DNA of 64,000 nt from the IMG/VR virus record IMGVR_UViG_3300020056_002227, positions 64,001-128,000 of that record; one strand, given 5' to 3'. How positions within the stretch are numbered: position 1 is the stretch's first letter; each line of letters starts with the position of its first letter. Below the pieces are notes generated by a model. It saw only the letters and a list, made by a program, of their open reading frames with translations. It was not told the origin of the DNA and did no database searches. Made by a program: the position numbers and the translations under genes. This DNA comes from a virus. Shown here in pieces: positions 27,992 to 39,600 of this stretch.

Positions 27992-29614
27992 ATGCCAGAG
28001 ATTTTAACTTCAGAATATAAGACAGATGCAACACGACGGTTTGCACAAGACGTGCAGACAAATAACTACTATGTGTTCGTATCTTCTATTAATGAATTTG
28101 TACCTGATGATACACAGGTAGCTAAGAATACGTTCTTGGAGCGAGTAATTTTTGGCAAAAAAATAAGACCAGAAGATACTCATTTCATGATTAAATATTA
28201 TCCTTGGCAGAGAGATGAAGTATTTGTACAATATGATGATACAGTACCTCTAGACTCCCAGAGATTCTATTGTGTTGTGGGCCCAAATGATAATGATACC
28301 GGAGATTATCGTGTTTATAAGTGCCTGTTTAACAATTATGGAGCAGGTGTACAAAGCCCCCCGGCATTCAACGAATCTTCAGATGACCAGATATACCGAA
28401 CAGCAGATGGTTACATTTGGAAATTCATGTATGTTGTATCTGCACTAGAAGAAGACGCATACAGTCATATTGGATATCTACCGCTGGTTGGTACATATGA
28501 CCAAGACCCGTCACCATCACCCAACGGAGGTGGAGGTGTTTCTGATATTGTCGTGGAAAATAACGAAGATAATTTTGGTTATGTGGAAGAAACCGGTAGG
28601 GTAACAGAAAGAGCAATAACAAACAGTACAATACAATATGTTCCAGAGAGTACATTCAACCCTCGTGGTAATTATTATAACGGTCAGTCGATATACTTTA
28701 CAAACCCAGATGGATCGACTTATCTTTACAGAATTACTGGATATAATTACGACGATACAATTAATAAGGGATTCATTACTCTCGACCAAGATCCCGTGGT
28801 ACAAGGTGGTGGAACTTCAGTAATTAAAGAAGCTGCAACCTTCAGCATCTTCCCTACGGTTGATATTAAAGGTGATGGTACCGGTGCTGTTGCTATTCCA
28901 AATATCATCGATAATACAATTGCGTCAATTATCGTACTTGATCCAGGTACTGGTTATAATAATGCAACTGCTACAGTTGTTGATCCAGAGAATGATTTCA
29001 ATCCAGAGGGAACCAACAGTACCGATGTAAGAGCTCAGATTCGTGCAATATTGACACCAAACGGTGATCACGGATACAATTTAATCGATGAATTTAAGTG
29101 TAGACATTATTCTTTATATGCGTATATTACAGGAGATGATAATAATCAAATCGGTGCCACCAATACTTACGGCTGTGTAGGTATCGTAAAGAATCCAGAA
29201 TTCTCCTCGGTATCGCCTCCTATCGTATTCGATAACAGGATTGGGGTTGTTAGTGAAAATATAGATAGAATAGTGGCCAACACATCGGTGGTACAGATAA
29301 ACTCTGATAACGATATTACATTCTCTGGTAGAATTCACGAAATTGATGAATCAGCAAATACATTTTATATTGCTGAATATATGGGACCATATGTAAATGG
29401 AACTGATGGTAATGGCGATACATCGCTTGATCTGTCACTAACATTTAGAAATGATACAGGCCAGATAATTGAAATAAACACACCTCAAGTAGATAATGTG
29501 ACCTTCTCCCCTTATGTACAAAGAAGCGGAAAGATTTATTTTATGGAGAACTTTAAGCCATTACCGAGAACAGAAGGGTCAAGAGAAGAATTTAAGTTCG
29601 TACTAGAATTTTAA
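27992..29614 (+). CDS. gp8: baseplate wedge subunit gp8-like
   Basis: KKI, W......QYDD, YRVYKCL.NN.G..S..P, T.DGYIWKFMY, SG.I...EN..P..R...RE.FK.VLEF. Confidence 0.85.
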   Translation: MPEILTSEYKTDATRRFAQDVQTNNYYVFVSSINEFVPDDTQVAKNTFLERVIFGKKIRPEDTHFMIKYYPWQRDEVFVQYDDTVPLDSQRFYCVVGPNDNDTGDYRVYKCLFNNYGAGVQSPPAFNESSDDQIYRTADGYIWKFMYVVSALEEDAYSHIGYLPLVGTYDQDPSPSPNGGGGVSDIVVENNEDNFGYVEETGRVTERAITNSTIQYVPESTFNPRGNYYNGQSIYFTNPDGSTYLYRITGYNYDDTINKGFITLDQDPVVQGGGTSVIKEAATFSIFPTVDIKGDGTGAVAIPNIIDNTIASIIVLDPGTGYNNATATVVDPENDFNPEGTNSTDVRAQIRAILTPNGDHGYNLIDEFKCRHYSLYAYITGDDNNQIGATNTYGCVGIVKNPEFSSVSPPIVFDNRIGVVSENIDRIVANTSVVQINSDNDITFSGRIHEIDESANTFYIAEYMGPYVNGTDGNGDTSLDLSLTFRNDTGQIIEINTPQVDNVTFSPYVQRSGKIYFMENFKPLPRTEGSREEFKFVLEF

Positions 29615-29629
29615 GGAATCGGATTAAAA

Positions 29630-32600
29630 ATGCCAATTAATACAGATCTCAATGCAGCACCATATTTTGATGATTTTGATTTAGAAAATCAATATCACCG
29701 TGTGCTGTTTAAACCGGGCTATGCCGTTCAAGCAAGAGAGCTGACACAGCTGCAAACAATGTTGCAGAGTCAGATTGAACAGTTTGGCGATAATATCTTT
29801 AAAGAAGGATCTATCGTTAAAGGTTGTAACTTTACCGAATTAGATGATCTTCAGTATGTACGACTTCAAGATACGTGGATCCCATATGATGCTAATGGTG
29901 TTGCCCAAGCTCAAACTGGTTTTGATCCTAGAGCATATGTGCCACAAAGAGTAACTGTAGTAGCAGAAGGTGTAGAAACAGAGTTTGATGAAATTTATCA
30001 GTTGACTGGTGAAACGTCTGGTCTTCGCGCAAATGTAATTGCAGCTGATCAAGGAGTTGAGGTTCGAACTCCAGACCTCAACACATTCTATATCAACTAC
30101 CTAAATTCGAACGAAACAAATAACTATCGTGTTTTCCAGCCTGGTGAAGTTCTGACACTTTCTTTGCTGAGATTCAAAGCAGGAACACAAGATCCTGCCG
30201 CAGGCCAAGGACAAGCAGTAATACAGGGTAAAGTAACGACAACCAATGTCGTAACCACTACTGGCAAATCTTTTGGTATTCAATCTGCTCCTGGTATTAT
30301 TTTCCAAAAAGGTCATTTCCTTTTTGCTGATGCTCAAACACTTGTCGTTTCGAAATATAATAATTTACCAAATGATGTTAACGTAGGTTATAACGTACAA
30401 GAATCTACGATTGCCGCAATTAATGATGGTTCTTTGTATGATAATGCAAATGGCTCTAGGAATGAGAACGCACCAGGCGCTGACAGATTAAAACTGGTTC
30501 CATCTCTCACAGTTCTAACCTCATCCGAAGCAGAAACTGCTGCTGATTTCTTTACACTGGTCCGCTACCAAAACGGTAATGCAATCACACTAAGAGACGT
30601 TTCTCAATATAACGTATTAGGTGATGAGCTTGCCAGAAGAACATATGAAGAATCTGGTAACTATGTACTAGAGAAATTTCCATTAGGTACAGATGATCGT
30701 ATTCCTGCCGGTGCTTCAAATACTGAAGTTTATGCGGTTCTAGGATCTGGTATTGCATATGTTAAAGGCTATAGGGTAGAAAATTCTGCTGACAGATCAT
30801 TTAAGATTGATCAGATCGTTGAAACTGAAACTGTTTCAAACCAATCGATCTCTTTTAATTACGGTGGTGGCTATCCCATAGACTATAATAATGGTACGAA
30901 TTGGGTTTCTTCAGGAACAACCGATATAGATTGGCACTCGGTTATTTTACGAGATCCATTATCATCAAATATGGGCTCTGCAGTTGTATATAATATTACA
31001 CCCACAGAAGTTTATATGACAGGTGTTGAAGTGAATGGTGGAGAATTTGGCAACGATATTCATGAAATTTTTGATAGTAATGGTGCCATTGTTTTTGATG
31101 GTGATTTCGGTGTAACACCGGGTGAAGGTGGAACTTATCAAAAACAATCTGGAAATGAAGCACTCATTTTTCCCACTGGTCATCGCAGTCTTTTCTCAAC
31201 CGAAAAAATGGCCATCCCCGTTAGAGTTCGTGAAAATGTAAGCGGCATTACAGGTAATACAATCACAATTAACGCGAACCCCGGCGAAGATTTCAATTGT
31301 AATAATGATGAAGTCCTAGTTGTAGGTAGTGGTCCTTCACAAGTACGGGTTATCAGTGTTGCAACAGCTTCTAATAACAGCCAATTAATTATTGGTTGTA
31401 ATCCTGCAGATTCAGTTGGCTCACAAGCAACAGTATATTTCAATAAGAGACTTGTTGGTAGTACCGTAGACGGTGTATCTCCATTTGATAAAGTGGTTCG
31501 AACACCATATATCAGACAGACTTGGAACGCAAGCCAATCAAAATATTCTTTAGGATTCCCAGACGTATTTGATATTATCAGTATTACAGACGCAAACGGT
31601 GTTGATGTAACTGAAAGTTTCAGATTGATTTCTAACCAGAAAGATACCTACTATGATATTTCATATATGGAATATATTCCTGGTCGACCGCAGCCTACAG
31701 GCTCAATGTTAATTCAATTAAAAGTATTTGAAATTAGTCAAGGCTCTGGAGAATATTTCTTCACGATTAATAGTTATCCATCAACATTAGATCTATACGA
31801 TATTCCGGTCTATAAAGCCAAGAATGGATCATCATATAATCTGCGAGAATGTCTTGACTTTAGACCCTACGTAGATAAAGATTCGAATGTAGATTATACC
31901 GATGATGTTGCTGCAGCATCTGTTCCTTCTTCTGCTGTTGGTGACAACTCAAAAGTATTCACTACAATAACTCCAATAACCCCAGCTAGAAATGCCTCTG
32001 CCACCGCAGAGATAACATATTATCTTCAAAGGGTAGATACGGTTGCTTGTGACTCTTATGGGGGAATTAAATTAATTAAAGGAAGGGAAGAAAAGCTTGC
32101 GGCACCTCCAACACTAGATCCCGATCAGATGGCTCTCGGCCACGTGTTTGTACCCGGCTATCCTGCTCTTTCGGAGAGAGAAGCAAGTAGAACAGGAAGA
32201 AAGGCTTACGGTGTCCACACAAAAACTAGTGGAATCAAAGCATTTACCATGAAAGATATGCACAGTCTGAGTAAACAGATTGATCGACTATCTTACTACG
32301 TTTCTTTGAGCCAACTTGAATCTTCTACACAAAATATGTTTATTCCAGACGAGCTTGGCCTAAACAGATTTAAGAATGGTTTCATCGTAGATCCTTTCAA
32401 CGATCTTACCGTTGCTGATGTATCGGACCCATTCTTCAAAGCAGCAGTACCTTTTAATCAAAAGATATTGACACCTGCCTTGAAAACATTTCCAATTGAT
32501 TTGGTTTATAAAACAAGCTCTGGTGCTTCTATTTTCCCGGCACCAAGTAATCCCAAGGCAGCAACTCTGGGTAGAGATGCTAGTGTAGAAATTCTTTCTC

Positions 32601-35200
32601 AAACTTATGCAACTGGATTTAGAAACTGCGTAAGTAATGCTTACAGTTACAGAGGTGTTGGTGAAATTTCACCTCCATACGATGCGGCGTATGATACTAC
32701 AGTGAATCCAGCAGAAATCAATATTGATATGACCGCTGCATTCACGGATTTCGTCGATAATCTCCAAGAGTTTATTCCTCTTACCGATGTGACCACAGAA
32801 AGAGTTGTGGGGCCGTTAGAGACTTGGAATGATGTCGGACCTGGTTGGGCTCCCCCAAGAATGGCTAATTGGGGTAACTGGGGTGATTTCCAATTCCCAG
32901 GTGCTGGAAACACATTCACCCAGAGAATTGAAACGACAACCAGAAGCATCGAATTGAATCAAGCTGCACAAGTTCAGAATATTCAGGTTGGAGAATTCGT
33001 ACGGAATTTCAATTTTGAACCTTATATGGCTGGCCGAGACGTTAAGATTTATATGTCGGGTTTGAGACCAGATGCAAGACACTGGTTCTTCTTTGATGGA
33101 GTAGATGTTAATCCTCATGTGTTCCCAGGTACAGAAGCAGACAGAGCACAAGACGTGGAGAGAACAAAAGCCGGTGGTGTTGAGGTTACCACAGATTCTA
33201 ATGGCGTATTAAGAGCGGTCTTTGCTATTCCACCAGAGACGTTCTTCGTCGGTGATCGTGTCCTTGAAATTGTAGATGTCGACACATATGATCAGATAGA
33301 TTCTGCTGCAATTTCGAAAGGATTTGTCACATATCGAGCCTATAACTTCTCCGTAGAAAAGACCTCTGTCGGTGTATCTACAAGAGCACCAGATTTCGAT
33401 ATCAACACATCATCTTCTTTCAGAAATGTGGTAAGACGTATTCCTGCTGGAGATCCTCTTGCTCAAACATTCTTTATTAAGAAAGGTATGGGTCAAGGTA
33501 GTAACAGTATATACATTTCCAATATTGACTTGTTCTTTAAGCGTAAGAGTACAACCAATGGAGTTACTGTTGAACTGAGAGAGGTGGTCAACGGCTATCC
33601 TTCTGGTCAAGTTCTTCCATTCGGAAAGGTCCATAAGTTACCTGGTGATGTAAATGTGTCAGACGATGCTTCTGTAGCAACAACATTCTCATTTGATGCA
33701 CCCGTGAGAATGGATGTTGAAAAAGAATATGCAGTATCAATTAAACCTGATGCTCAAGATCCTAATTATTTGGCATTCATCTCTCAAGTCGGTGGTGTTG
33801 ATTTGACACCAGGTGATACCCAAGGATCTGCAATTGTTCAAGACTGGGGTGACGGTGTTCTCTTCAGTTCTACTAATAACAGTGCTTGGAGATCTTATCA
33901 AGACGAAGATCTGAAATTCACTCTGCGTAGACATAATTTTAATCAGTCTACCGGTAGTGTAACACTCACAAATAATAAGAATGAATTCTTTACACTATCC
34001 GGTGGTAATGGCAGATTCAAGTTGGGAGAAAAAATCTATCAGACAAAGTCGAGAGATTCAGCAACAACCGGTAACCTTGGACTTTCTGATTCAGGTGGTG
34101 CAAGAGTTACACTAACTGGTACAGCACTTGATCAAACCTATTTCGATGGTGATTATATTATCCTAGAGGTAGGAGGTGATAAAGACATCTTTAGAGTTGA
34201 GAGTGTACCTGGAGCCACTTCCATCATTGTGAACAAACCAGTAAACCTTGGTGCAGGGCCGACATTTATAGATACTGGAATTCAACACTCTCCGGTGGTT
34301 GTGGGTGAGATTTCTTTCTGGGATCGTAATGATCCTACTAAGATGCATCTAGAGGCAAGCACTGCTAATTCTACACGATTCTTTACCACTGGTACCATCA
34401 ACGGCTTGGATAGTGGATTTACTGCAACAATCGATTCGGTAGATAATATTAATCTAAGTTATTTCCAGCCCATGATAATGAAGGCTTCTGATTCATCATC
34501 TAAGACCAGTGGCTTCGGAACATTCAACCCTTATGATGATGGTAGTACAACTTATTCGATGCCGATTAGATTCAATGATAATAACCACTTCAATGTAAGA
34601 GGTACTATATTATCAAGTGCAAGTAATATTGTAACGAATCCAAACAGTACTGCTGAGTTTTCATTGACTATAGAGATGGAAAATTCGGGTGATGTTACTT
34701 CCACACCTTTCGTAGATGTGGAAGTTTCGAAAATGATTGCATATCAATATCAATTAAAAGATACAAGTGCACCGGGTTACAGCCCTCTTTCCAACCCGAC
34801 CTCGATGTATATTTCAAAAGTAATCGAATTAGCACCAGAACTGGATGCTGAAGATATTTACGTAGCAACAACGGAATATAGACCACCTGGTTCCACAGTC
34901 AAAGTTTATATGAGAGCACAAAATCAATATGACAGCCAATCATTCAAAGAAGTACCTTGGGTAGAACTTGAATGCTTTGAAGGTTCCGATGTAAATTCTT
35001 CTATATCCGACATTAATGATTATAGGGAATTTGGCTACAGGCTTCCAGAAAATTATTCGGGGTTGTATCAATATGCAAGCAATGCCGGACTTAAGAATTT
35101 TTCTGGGTTCCGTAGATTTGCTATAAAGATTGAATTGATTTCACCAAACGTACATACTGCACCAACACTAAGAGATTATAGAGCGATTGCAGTTACATAA
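29630..35200 (+). CDS. large virion structural protein (DUF4815/VrlC-like)
   Basis: N..PYFDDFD, RVLFKPG.AVQARELTQLQ, APGADRLK, LARRTYEESGNY, FKNGF.VD.F, DPLAQTF, EDLKF. Confidence 0.85.
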   Translation: MPINTDLNAAPYFDDFDLENQYHRVLFKPGYAVQARELTQLQTMLQSQIEQFGDNIFKEGSIVKGCNFTELDDLQYVRLQDTWIPYDANGVAQAQTGFDPRAYVPQRVTVVAEGVETEFDEIYQLTGETSGLRANVIAADQGVEVRTPDLNTFYINYLNSNETNNYRVFQPGEVLTLSLLRFKAGTQDPAAGQGQAVIQGKVTTTNVVTTTGKSFGIQSAPGIIFQKGHFLFADAQTLVVSKYNNLPNDVNVGYNVQESTIAAINDGSLYDNANGSRNENAPGADRLKLVPSLTVLTSSEAETAADFFTLVRYQNGNAITLRDVSQYNVLGDELARRTYEESGNYVLEKFPLGTDDRIPAGASNTEVYAVLGSGIAYVKGYRVENSADRSFKIDQIVETETVSNQSISFNYGGGYPIDYNNGTNWVSSGTTDIDWHSVILRDPLSSNMGSAVVYNITPTEVYMTGVEVNGGEFGNDIHEIFDSNGAIVFDGDFGVTPGEGGTYQKQSGNEALIFPTGHRSLFSTEKMAIPVRVRENVSGITGNTITINANPGEDFNCNNDEVLVVGSGPSQVRVISVATASNNSQLIIGCNPADSVGSQATVYFNKRLVGSTVDGVSPFDKVVRTPYIRQTWNASQSKYSLGFPDVFDIISITDANGVDVTESFRLISNQKDTYYDISYMEYIPGRPQPTGSMLIQLKVFEISQGSGEYFFTINSYPSTLDLYDIPVYKAKNGSSYNLRECLDFRPYVDKDSNVDYTDDVAAASVPSSAVGDNSKVFTTITPITPARNASATAEITYYLQRVDTVACDSYGGIKLIKGREEKLAAPPTLDPDQMALGHVFVPGYPALSEREASRTGRKAYGVHTKTSGIKAFTMKDMHSLSKQIDRLSYYVSLSQLESSTQNMFIPDELGLNRFKNGFIVDPFNDLTVADVSDPFFKAAVPFNQKILTPALKTFPIDLVYKTSSGASIFPAPSNPKAATLGRDASVEILSQTYATGFRNCVSNAYSYRGVGEISPPYDAAYDTTVNPAEINIDMTAAFTDFVDNLQEFIPLTDVTTERVVGPLETWNDVGPGWAPPRMANWGNWGDFQFPGAGNTFTQRIETTTRSIELNQAAQVQNIQVGEFVRNFNFEPYMAGRDVKIYMSGLRPDARHWFFFDGVDVNPHVFPGTEADRAQDVERTKAGGVEVTTDSNGVLRAVFAIPPETFFVGDRVLEIVDVDTYDQIDSAAISKGFVTYRAYNFSVEKTSVGVSTRAPDFDINTSSSFRNVVRRIPAGDPLAQTFFIKKGMGQGSNSIYISNIDLFFKRKSTTNGVTVELREVVNGYPSGQVLPFGKVHKLPGDVNVSDDASVATTFSFDAPVRMDVEKEYAVSIKPDAQDPNYLAFISQVGGVDLTPGDTQGSAIVQDWGDGVLFSSTNNSAWRSYQDEDLKFTLRRHNFNQSTGSVTLTNNKNEFFTLSGGNGRFKLGEKIYQTKSRDSATTGNLGLSDSGGARVTLTGTALDQTYFDGDYIILEVGGDKDIFRVESVPGATSIIVNKPVNLGAGPTFIDTGIQHSPVVVGEISFWDRNDPTKMHLEASTANSTRFFTTGTINGLDSGFTATIDSVDNINLSYFQPMIMKASDSSSKTSGFGTFNPYDDGSTTYSMPIRFNDNNHFNVRGTILSSASNIVTNPNSTAEFSLTIEMENSGDVTSTPFVDVEVSKMIAYQYQLKDTSAPGYSPLSNPTSMYISKVIELAPELDAEDIYVATTEYRPPGSTVKVYMRAQNQYDSQSFKEVPWVELECFEGSDVNSSISDINDYREFGYRLPENYSGLYQYASNAGLKNFSGFRRFAIKIELISPNVHTAPTLRDYRAIAVT

Positions 35201-35212
35201 GGCTTTTAAATT

Positions 35213-35395
35213 ATGCAAAATAGAAGAGATTCCGAAACACAAGCAGTTTTGAATACAGATGCACATGCTTTTAATAAATACAAAAGGGAAAGAGAATACT
35301 ACCGAAAAGTCACTCAAATGGAAAAAGACATTGTTGAAATTAGAACTTGTCTGGTATCTATTTGTCAACGTATGGAAAAATTAGAAAGTAGATAA
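35213..35395 (+). CDS. small coiled-coil hypothetical protein
   Basis: RD..T.AVLNTD...F..YK pattern, commonly found after DUF4815-type genes. Confidence 0.65.
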   Translation: MQNRRDSETQAVLNTDAHAFNKYKREREYYRKVTQMEKDIVEIRTCLVSICQRMEKLESR

Positions 35396-35397
35396 CA

Positions 35398-36540
35398 ATG
35401 GCCAGAAATATAGTAAATATCGAAACTACACAGACGTTTCAGAATTGGTTAGATAAGACCAATGAAATGGCCGCGGCATTCCGTACCAACGCGGTAACAG
35501 CATCACCGACCGGAGATACAACTGCAGGTAATGCTACTCTTCAAGGAATCTTTAGTGCAGAAAGTTTGGTTGCAACTAGCGGGGCATTATCTGCGGATGA
35601 AATCAGATCTGCTACTGCAAATGAAACAATTGAATTTACCTCCGTTGTTGATTTTAATTCCGGCGATCAAGTCACTGCTATTTTCACCAATAATAATGGT
35701 GGCAGAACTCGATATACAGATACGACCATTGCTTGGGACGTAGGTCTTAAGGACAGCGGTGGTAATTTTATCATCGATACTGGCTCCGCACCAATCAAGT
35801 TCGAACTGACTACTGCTGGTGTTCTTTCAGTACCTGTATTCCGATCAGATAATTATCAGAATGCTGATGGGTCTCCATTCGAGCCAGGTACAACCATTAA
35901 CGAATTATCTGATATCGGTGATGTATCAACCACGACACCTGCGAATGGTCAAGTACTCAAGTGGGATGGATCTGAATGGGCACCGGCAAATGATTTGGTC
36001 GGTACTGCTACAAGTGGTATTCAAAATGTTGTTGAAGATTCTACCCCTCAGTTGGGTGGTAATCTAGACCTGAATGGCAGAAGTATTGTAGGTTCGGGTG
36101 CCATGCAGATTACCGGTAATATTATCACCACCGGTGGTGTCCTGAGAGCCGACGGTACCGGAACTCACACTATAGGTGGTGCGATGAATGTGGGTGATAC
36201 GGTTACGGTCACAGGAGATGTACATGCGACAGGTAACGTAAGATCAGCCCACAGCACATCAGATATTCGTTTAAAAGAAAATTTAATAAGAATTCACAGT
36301 CCTTTAGATAAGGTAATGAGCCTTAATGGATATACCTTCAATTATAAGAACAACGAAGAAAGATCTGCTGGTCTTATCGCGCAAGAGGTTGAGAAGGTAT
36401 TGCCTGAAGTTGTTTATGAATTTGAAGAAGAGGGTACCCAGTATAAAGCCCTACGCTATGAGAATATGGTATCGCTTTTAGTTGAAGCAATTAAAGAATT
36501 AAAAGAAGAGATTGAAGAGTTAAAATCTGGGCGCAATTAA
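35398..36540 (+). CDS. tail fibre/whisker-like protein with C-terminal intramolecular chaperone (peptidase S74)
   Basis: TF..W..KTNE N-terminus; D.TPQLGGNLDLNG; SDIRLKEN...G.IAQEVEKVLPE...LLVEAIKEL. Confidence 0.85.
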   Translation: MARNIVNIETTQTFQNWLDKTNEMAAAFRTNAVTASPTGDTTAGNATLQGIFSAESLVATSGALSADEIRSATANETIEFTSVVDFNSGDQVTAIFTNNNGGRTRYTDTTIAWDVGLKDSGGNFIIDTGSAPIKFELTTAGVLSVPVFRSDNYQNADGSPFEPGTTINELSDIGDVSTTTPANGQVLKWDGSEWAPANDLVGTATSGIQNVVEDSTPQLGGNLDLNGRSIVGSGAMQITGNIITTGGVLRADGTGTHTIGGAMNVGDTVTVTGDVHATGNVRSAHSTSDIRLKENLIRIHSPLDKVMSLNGYTFNYKNNEERSAGLIAQEVEKVLPEVVYEFEEEGTQYKALRYENMVSLLVEAIKELKEEIEELKSGRN

Positions 36541-36549
36541 TTTGGTTTG

Positions 36550-36557
36550 AATAAATA
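36550..36557 (+). promoter_or_regulatory. late promoter (AATAAATA)
   Basis: NATAAATA in the intergenic region before the 3162-aa gene. Confidence 0.65.
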
Positions 36558-36609
36558 TACCATTGATATGTATCCGTCTAAATATAAGAAGAAAAAGGGT
36601 AAAGACTAA

Positions 36610-39600
36610 ATGTCTAAGATTTCAGAACTCGGGCCGATTACAGGTGCCAATACTAGGTCAGAAGATTTATTTGTTATCGTAAACCTAGTACAGGGCGACG
36701 ACGGTACTAAAAATATTACTCGAAAAGAGCTCGTAGAAGCACTACAGTACGAGATTTTCAGTAGAATCCGAATCACTGGTGAATCGATCACCACTACCTT
36801 CATTTCGAACTCGGATCTTGACAACGTTAGAATCGATAATTCTACGATGGAAGATTCCGATATTTCTCGTAGTGATTTCAATAACGGTACACTCAGAAAT
36901 TCATCTGGTGACAATCTTGTAATCATCAACTCTCAATTCAATGACGGTACTGCTGATAACATCGTTATTACAAATTCCCAATTCAATCAAGGGGATATGG
37001 AAGATGTTGATGGCGATAATGTTCGCTTAATCAATTCGACGATTGATGACAGTGCCATCAGTGATTCAACTGCCAATAACATTAGCATCACAGATTCTAC
37101 ATTTAATAATGGTGCTCTATCTAACAGTACAGCAAATAATTTAGCCATTACCGCATCTACATTCGATAATGGTGAATTAACTAACAGCACTGGTGATAAC
37201 CTAGACATCACAAATTCTAATTTCGAAAATGGTACCATTGCCAATACTCAAATCGAAACCTCGGTATTCCAGAATGGTGTTGTTAGAGATTCAGATCTTA
37301 TTAATGTTGATATTACTGACTCGACATTTGATAATGGTGACCTAACAAATTCATCCGGCGACAATCTGACGATTGTAAATTCTGATTTCTCCGATGGTAC
37401 TGGTAATAATAATGTCTTTACCAATACCACAGTAGATAGAAGTTTAATTACAAATTCTGAAATTGCAAACACATCATTCACAGGTACGATGGATGGTGTA
37501 GTTGCTACTAACATGACCATTACCAGTTCTACTGCTGATGGTTTCAGCCAGAAGAATTCTACATTCGAAGACGGTGGTATTGACCGTTCGACTTTCGAAA
37601 ATGGTGTTATCGACAAATCTAAGCTTGTTGATTTCGATATGGAGATCAACGATGAGTTCGAACCACATATCGACGAGAACAGCTGGTTTGCACTCAAGAA
37701 TGAAAAGACTGGAGAGGTTGAGAGAATTACCTATGCTCAATTCTTCAGCGAGATTTCGAAGACCACTGAATCCGACCTGAAGATTTATGTGGATGCTGCA
37801 AAGGGTGATGATGATAATCCCGGCACGGTACTTCAACCAATCAGAACTCTTGAACGTGCTTCTGAATTGGCAAAAGAAAAGGCTGGTGGTTCTTTCGACC
37901 GAAATGCGATCAACAACGCCATTCATATCACGGTAGGCCCGGGTACATATTACACGAAAGGTAACATTGCATTACCAGATGATTGTGCCATGACCTCTAC
38001 TGCTGGTCAGTATGCTACAGTAATCGAGGCTTTGCCAGGATATGAACAGAACAACGCAATTCTTGTCGGTTCTGGTAACTACGTACAGGGTTTCGCATTC
38101 CAGAATTGGAAGATCGATAACTTCGATTTCCCAGAAGGTGGCTTTGCTTGTGCTTATAGACCCGGTGCTAAACTACTCCGATCTCCATATATCAGAGACA
38201 GCTCCCAGTTGTCTAACTTCCTACGAGAAGACGTAGAACCACCACTCCAGCCGTTCAATACCAAGGGCAATGTACTTGACCTCGGTAGAGAGTTTATTCT
38301 GGAAGTCGGCCATACAGGTGCCTTCTTACAAGACGACGAGATTACATTCTCCAGTGGTGCGAAAGGCTATATCTCATGGGATGATACAAATGATGCAGAT
38401 GCTGGTTTAACCCCAGACCTTGCTACAAACCGAAAAATCTTCGTCCGTAACCTGAAAAATAATAAAGGTTTTGCTGTAGGCGATACGGTTCGTTCTGAAT
38501 CTGGTGGTCTTGGTGTTATTCAAGAAATTGGCATCGATAACTTCCCGAACCCACTTGTCGGTAGAGGTGGTGGATGTATGTTGGCAGATAGAAGAGTCCT
38601 AGACCCCGACTCTCTCTACACATATGTTCTCTGCTTTGGTTTTACCCCTCGTTCTCAAAACGGTATGGGTTATGTAGCAAGAGACGGTGCTGGTGTTAAC
38701 GGAATTGGTTCTCTGTCTATCTTCGTTCGGGTGGCATTCTATGCTCTGAACGGTGGGCAGATGACTCTGAACAACTCTGGTACTCAGTTCGGTGATATCT
38801 CAATGAGAGCAAAAGGTAGTACCAAGATCTTTGCTCCGAAAGACACCACAGCCAATATGCTTGGTAACAGTGCCTTTGCAGATGTAATTACAGATAACGA
38901 AGATTTGATCATACAAGATATGGTCGAATACCTCACAGCAAATACAGCATCTGGTGGTCTTGGTTATACTGGCTACGATGCTGCTAAGTGTGAAAGAGAT
39001 TCTAAAATTATCATTGATGGTCTTGGATATGATATGTCGCTCGACACCAACTACTGGGGTCGACTTGCAGGCATTACATATCGTTCACCCATTTCTAGTA
39101 AGGTTGTTGGTGAACAGCTCGAAGCAACACTTGGAGCTAACAGATATTTGCAAGACAGAATCAATGATGTATTCCAAGGTTCAAACACGGAAATCTTTAC
39201 AAGAGCAAACACCTCTTGGAATGAACTCTACAATGTAGTAGAATACGGTGAAGAGAATATGAATCCAATCATATTCGCTGACACTGGTAATTCTGCTAGA
39301 ACATCTGCAAGAGAAATCATTCAAGACAATAGATCGTTTATCCAAGACGAATTGCTCGACTGGATCGATGACAATGACCAATTCTACGCTTATGATAGCG
39401 TCAAGTGCCGAAGAGACACAACAGAATATATTCTTCCAGCAGTAAAATATGATATGCTACTCGACACCAACTACAACTCGGTGAGAGCAGGTGGTGCATA
39501 TTACATGAAGTCTGCTGAGAAGGTTGTCGGCCAACAAAGAAATGAAACGATTGCAGCATATAAGAGACTGAAAGAACAGACCAATGAGTTGATTGATGCT

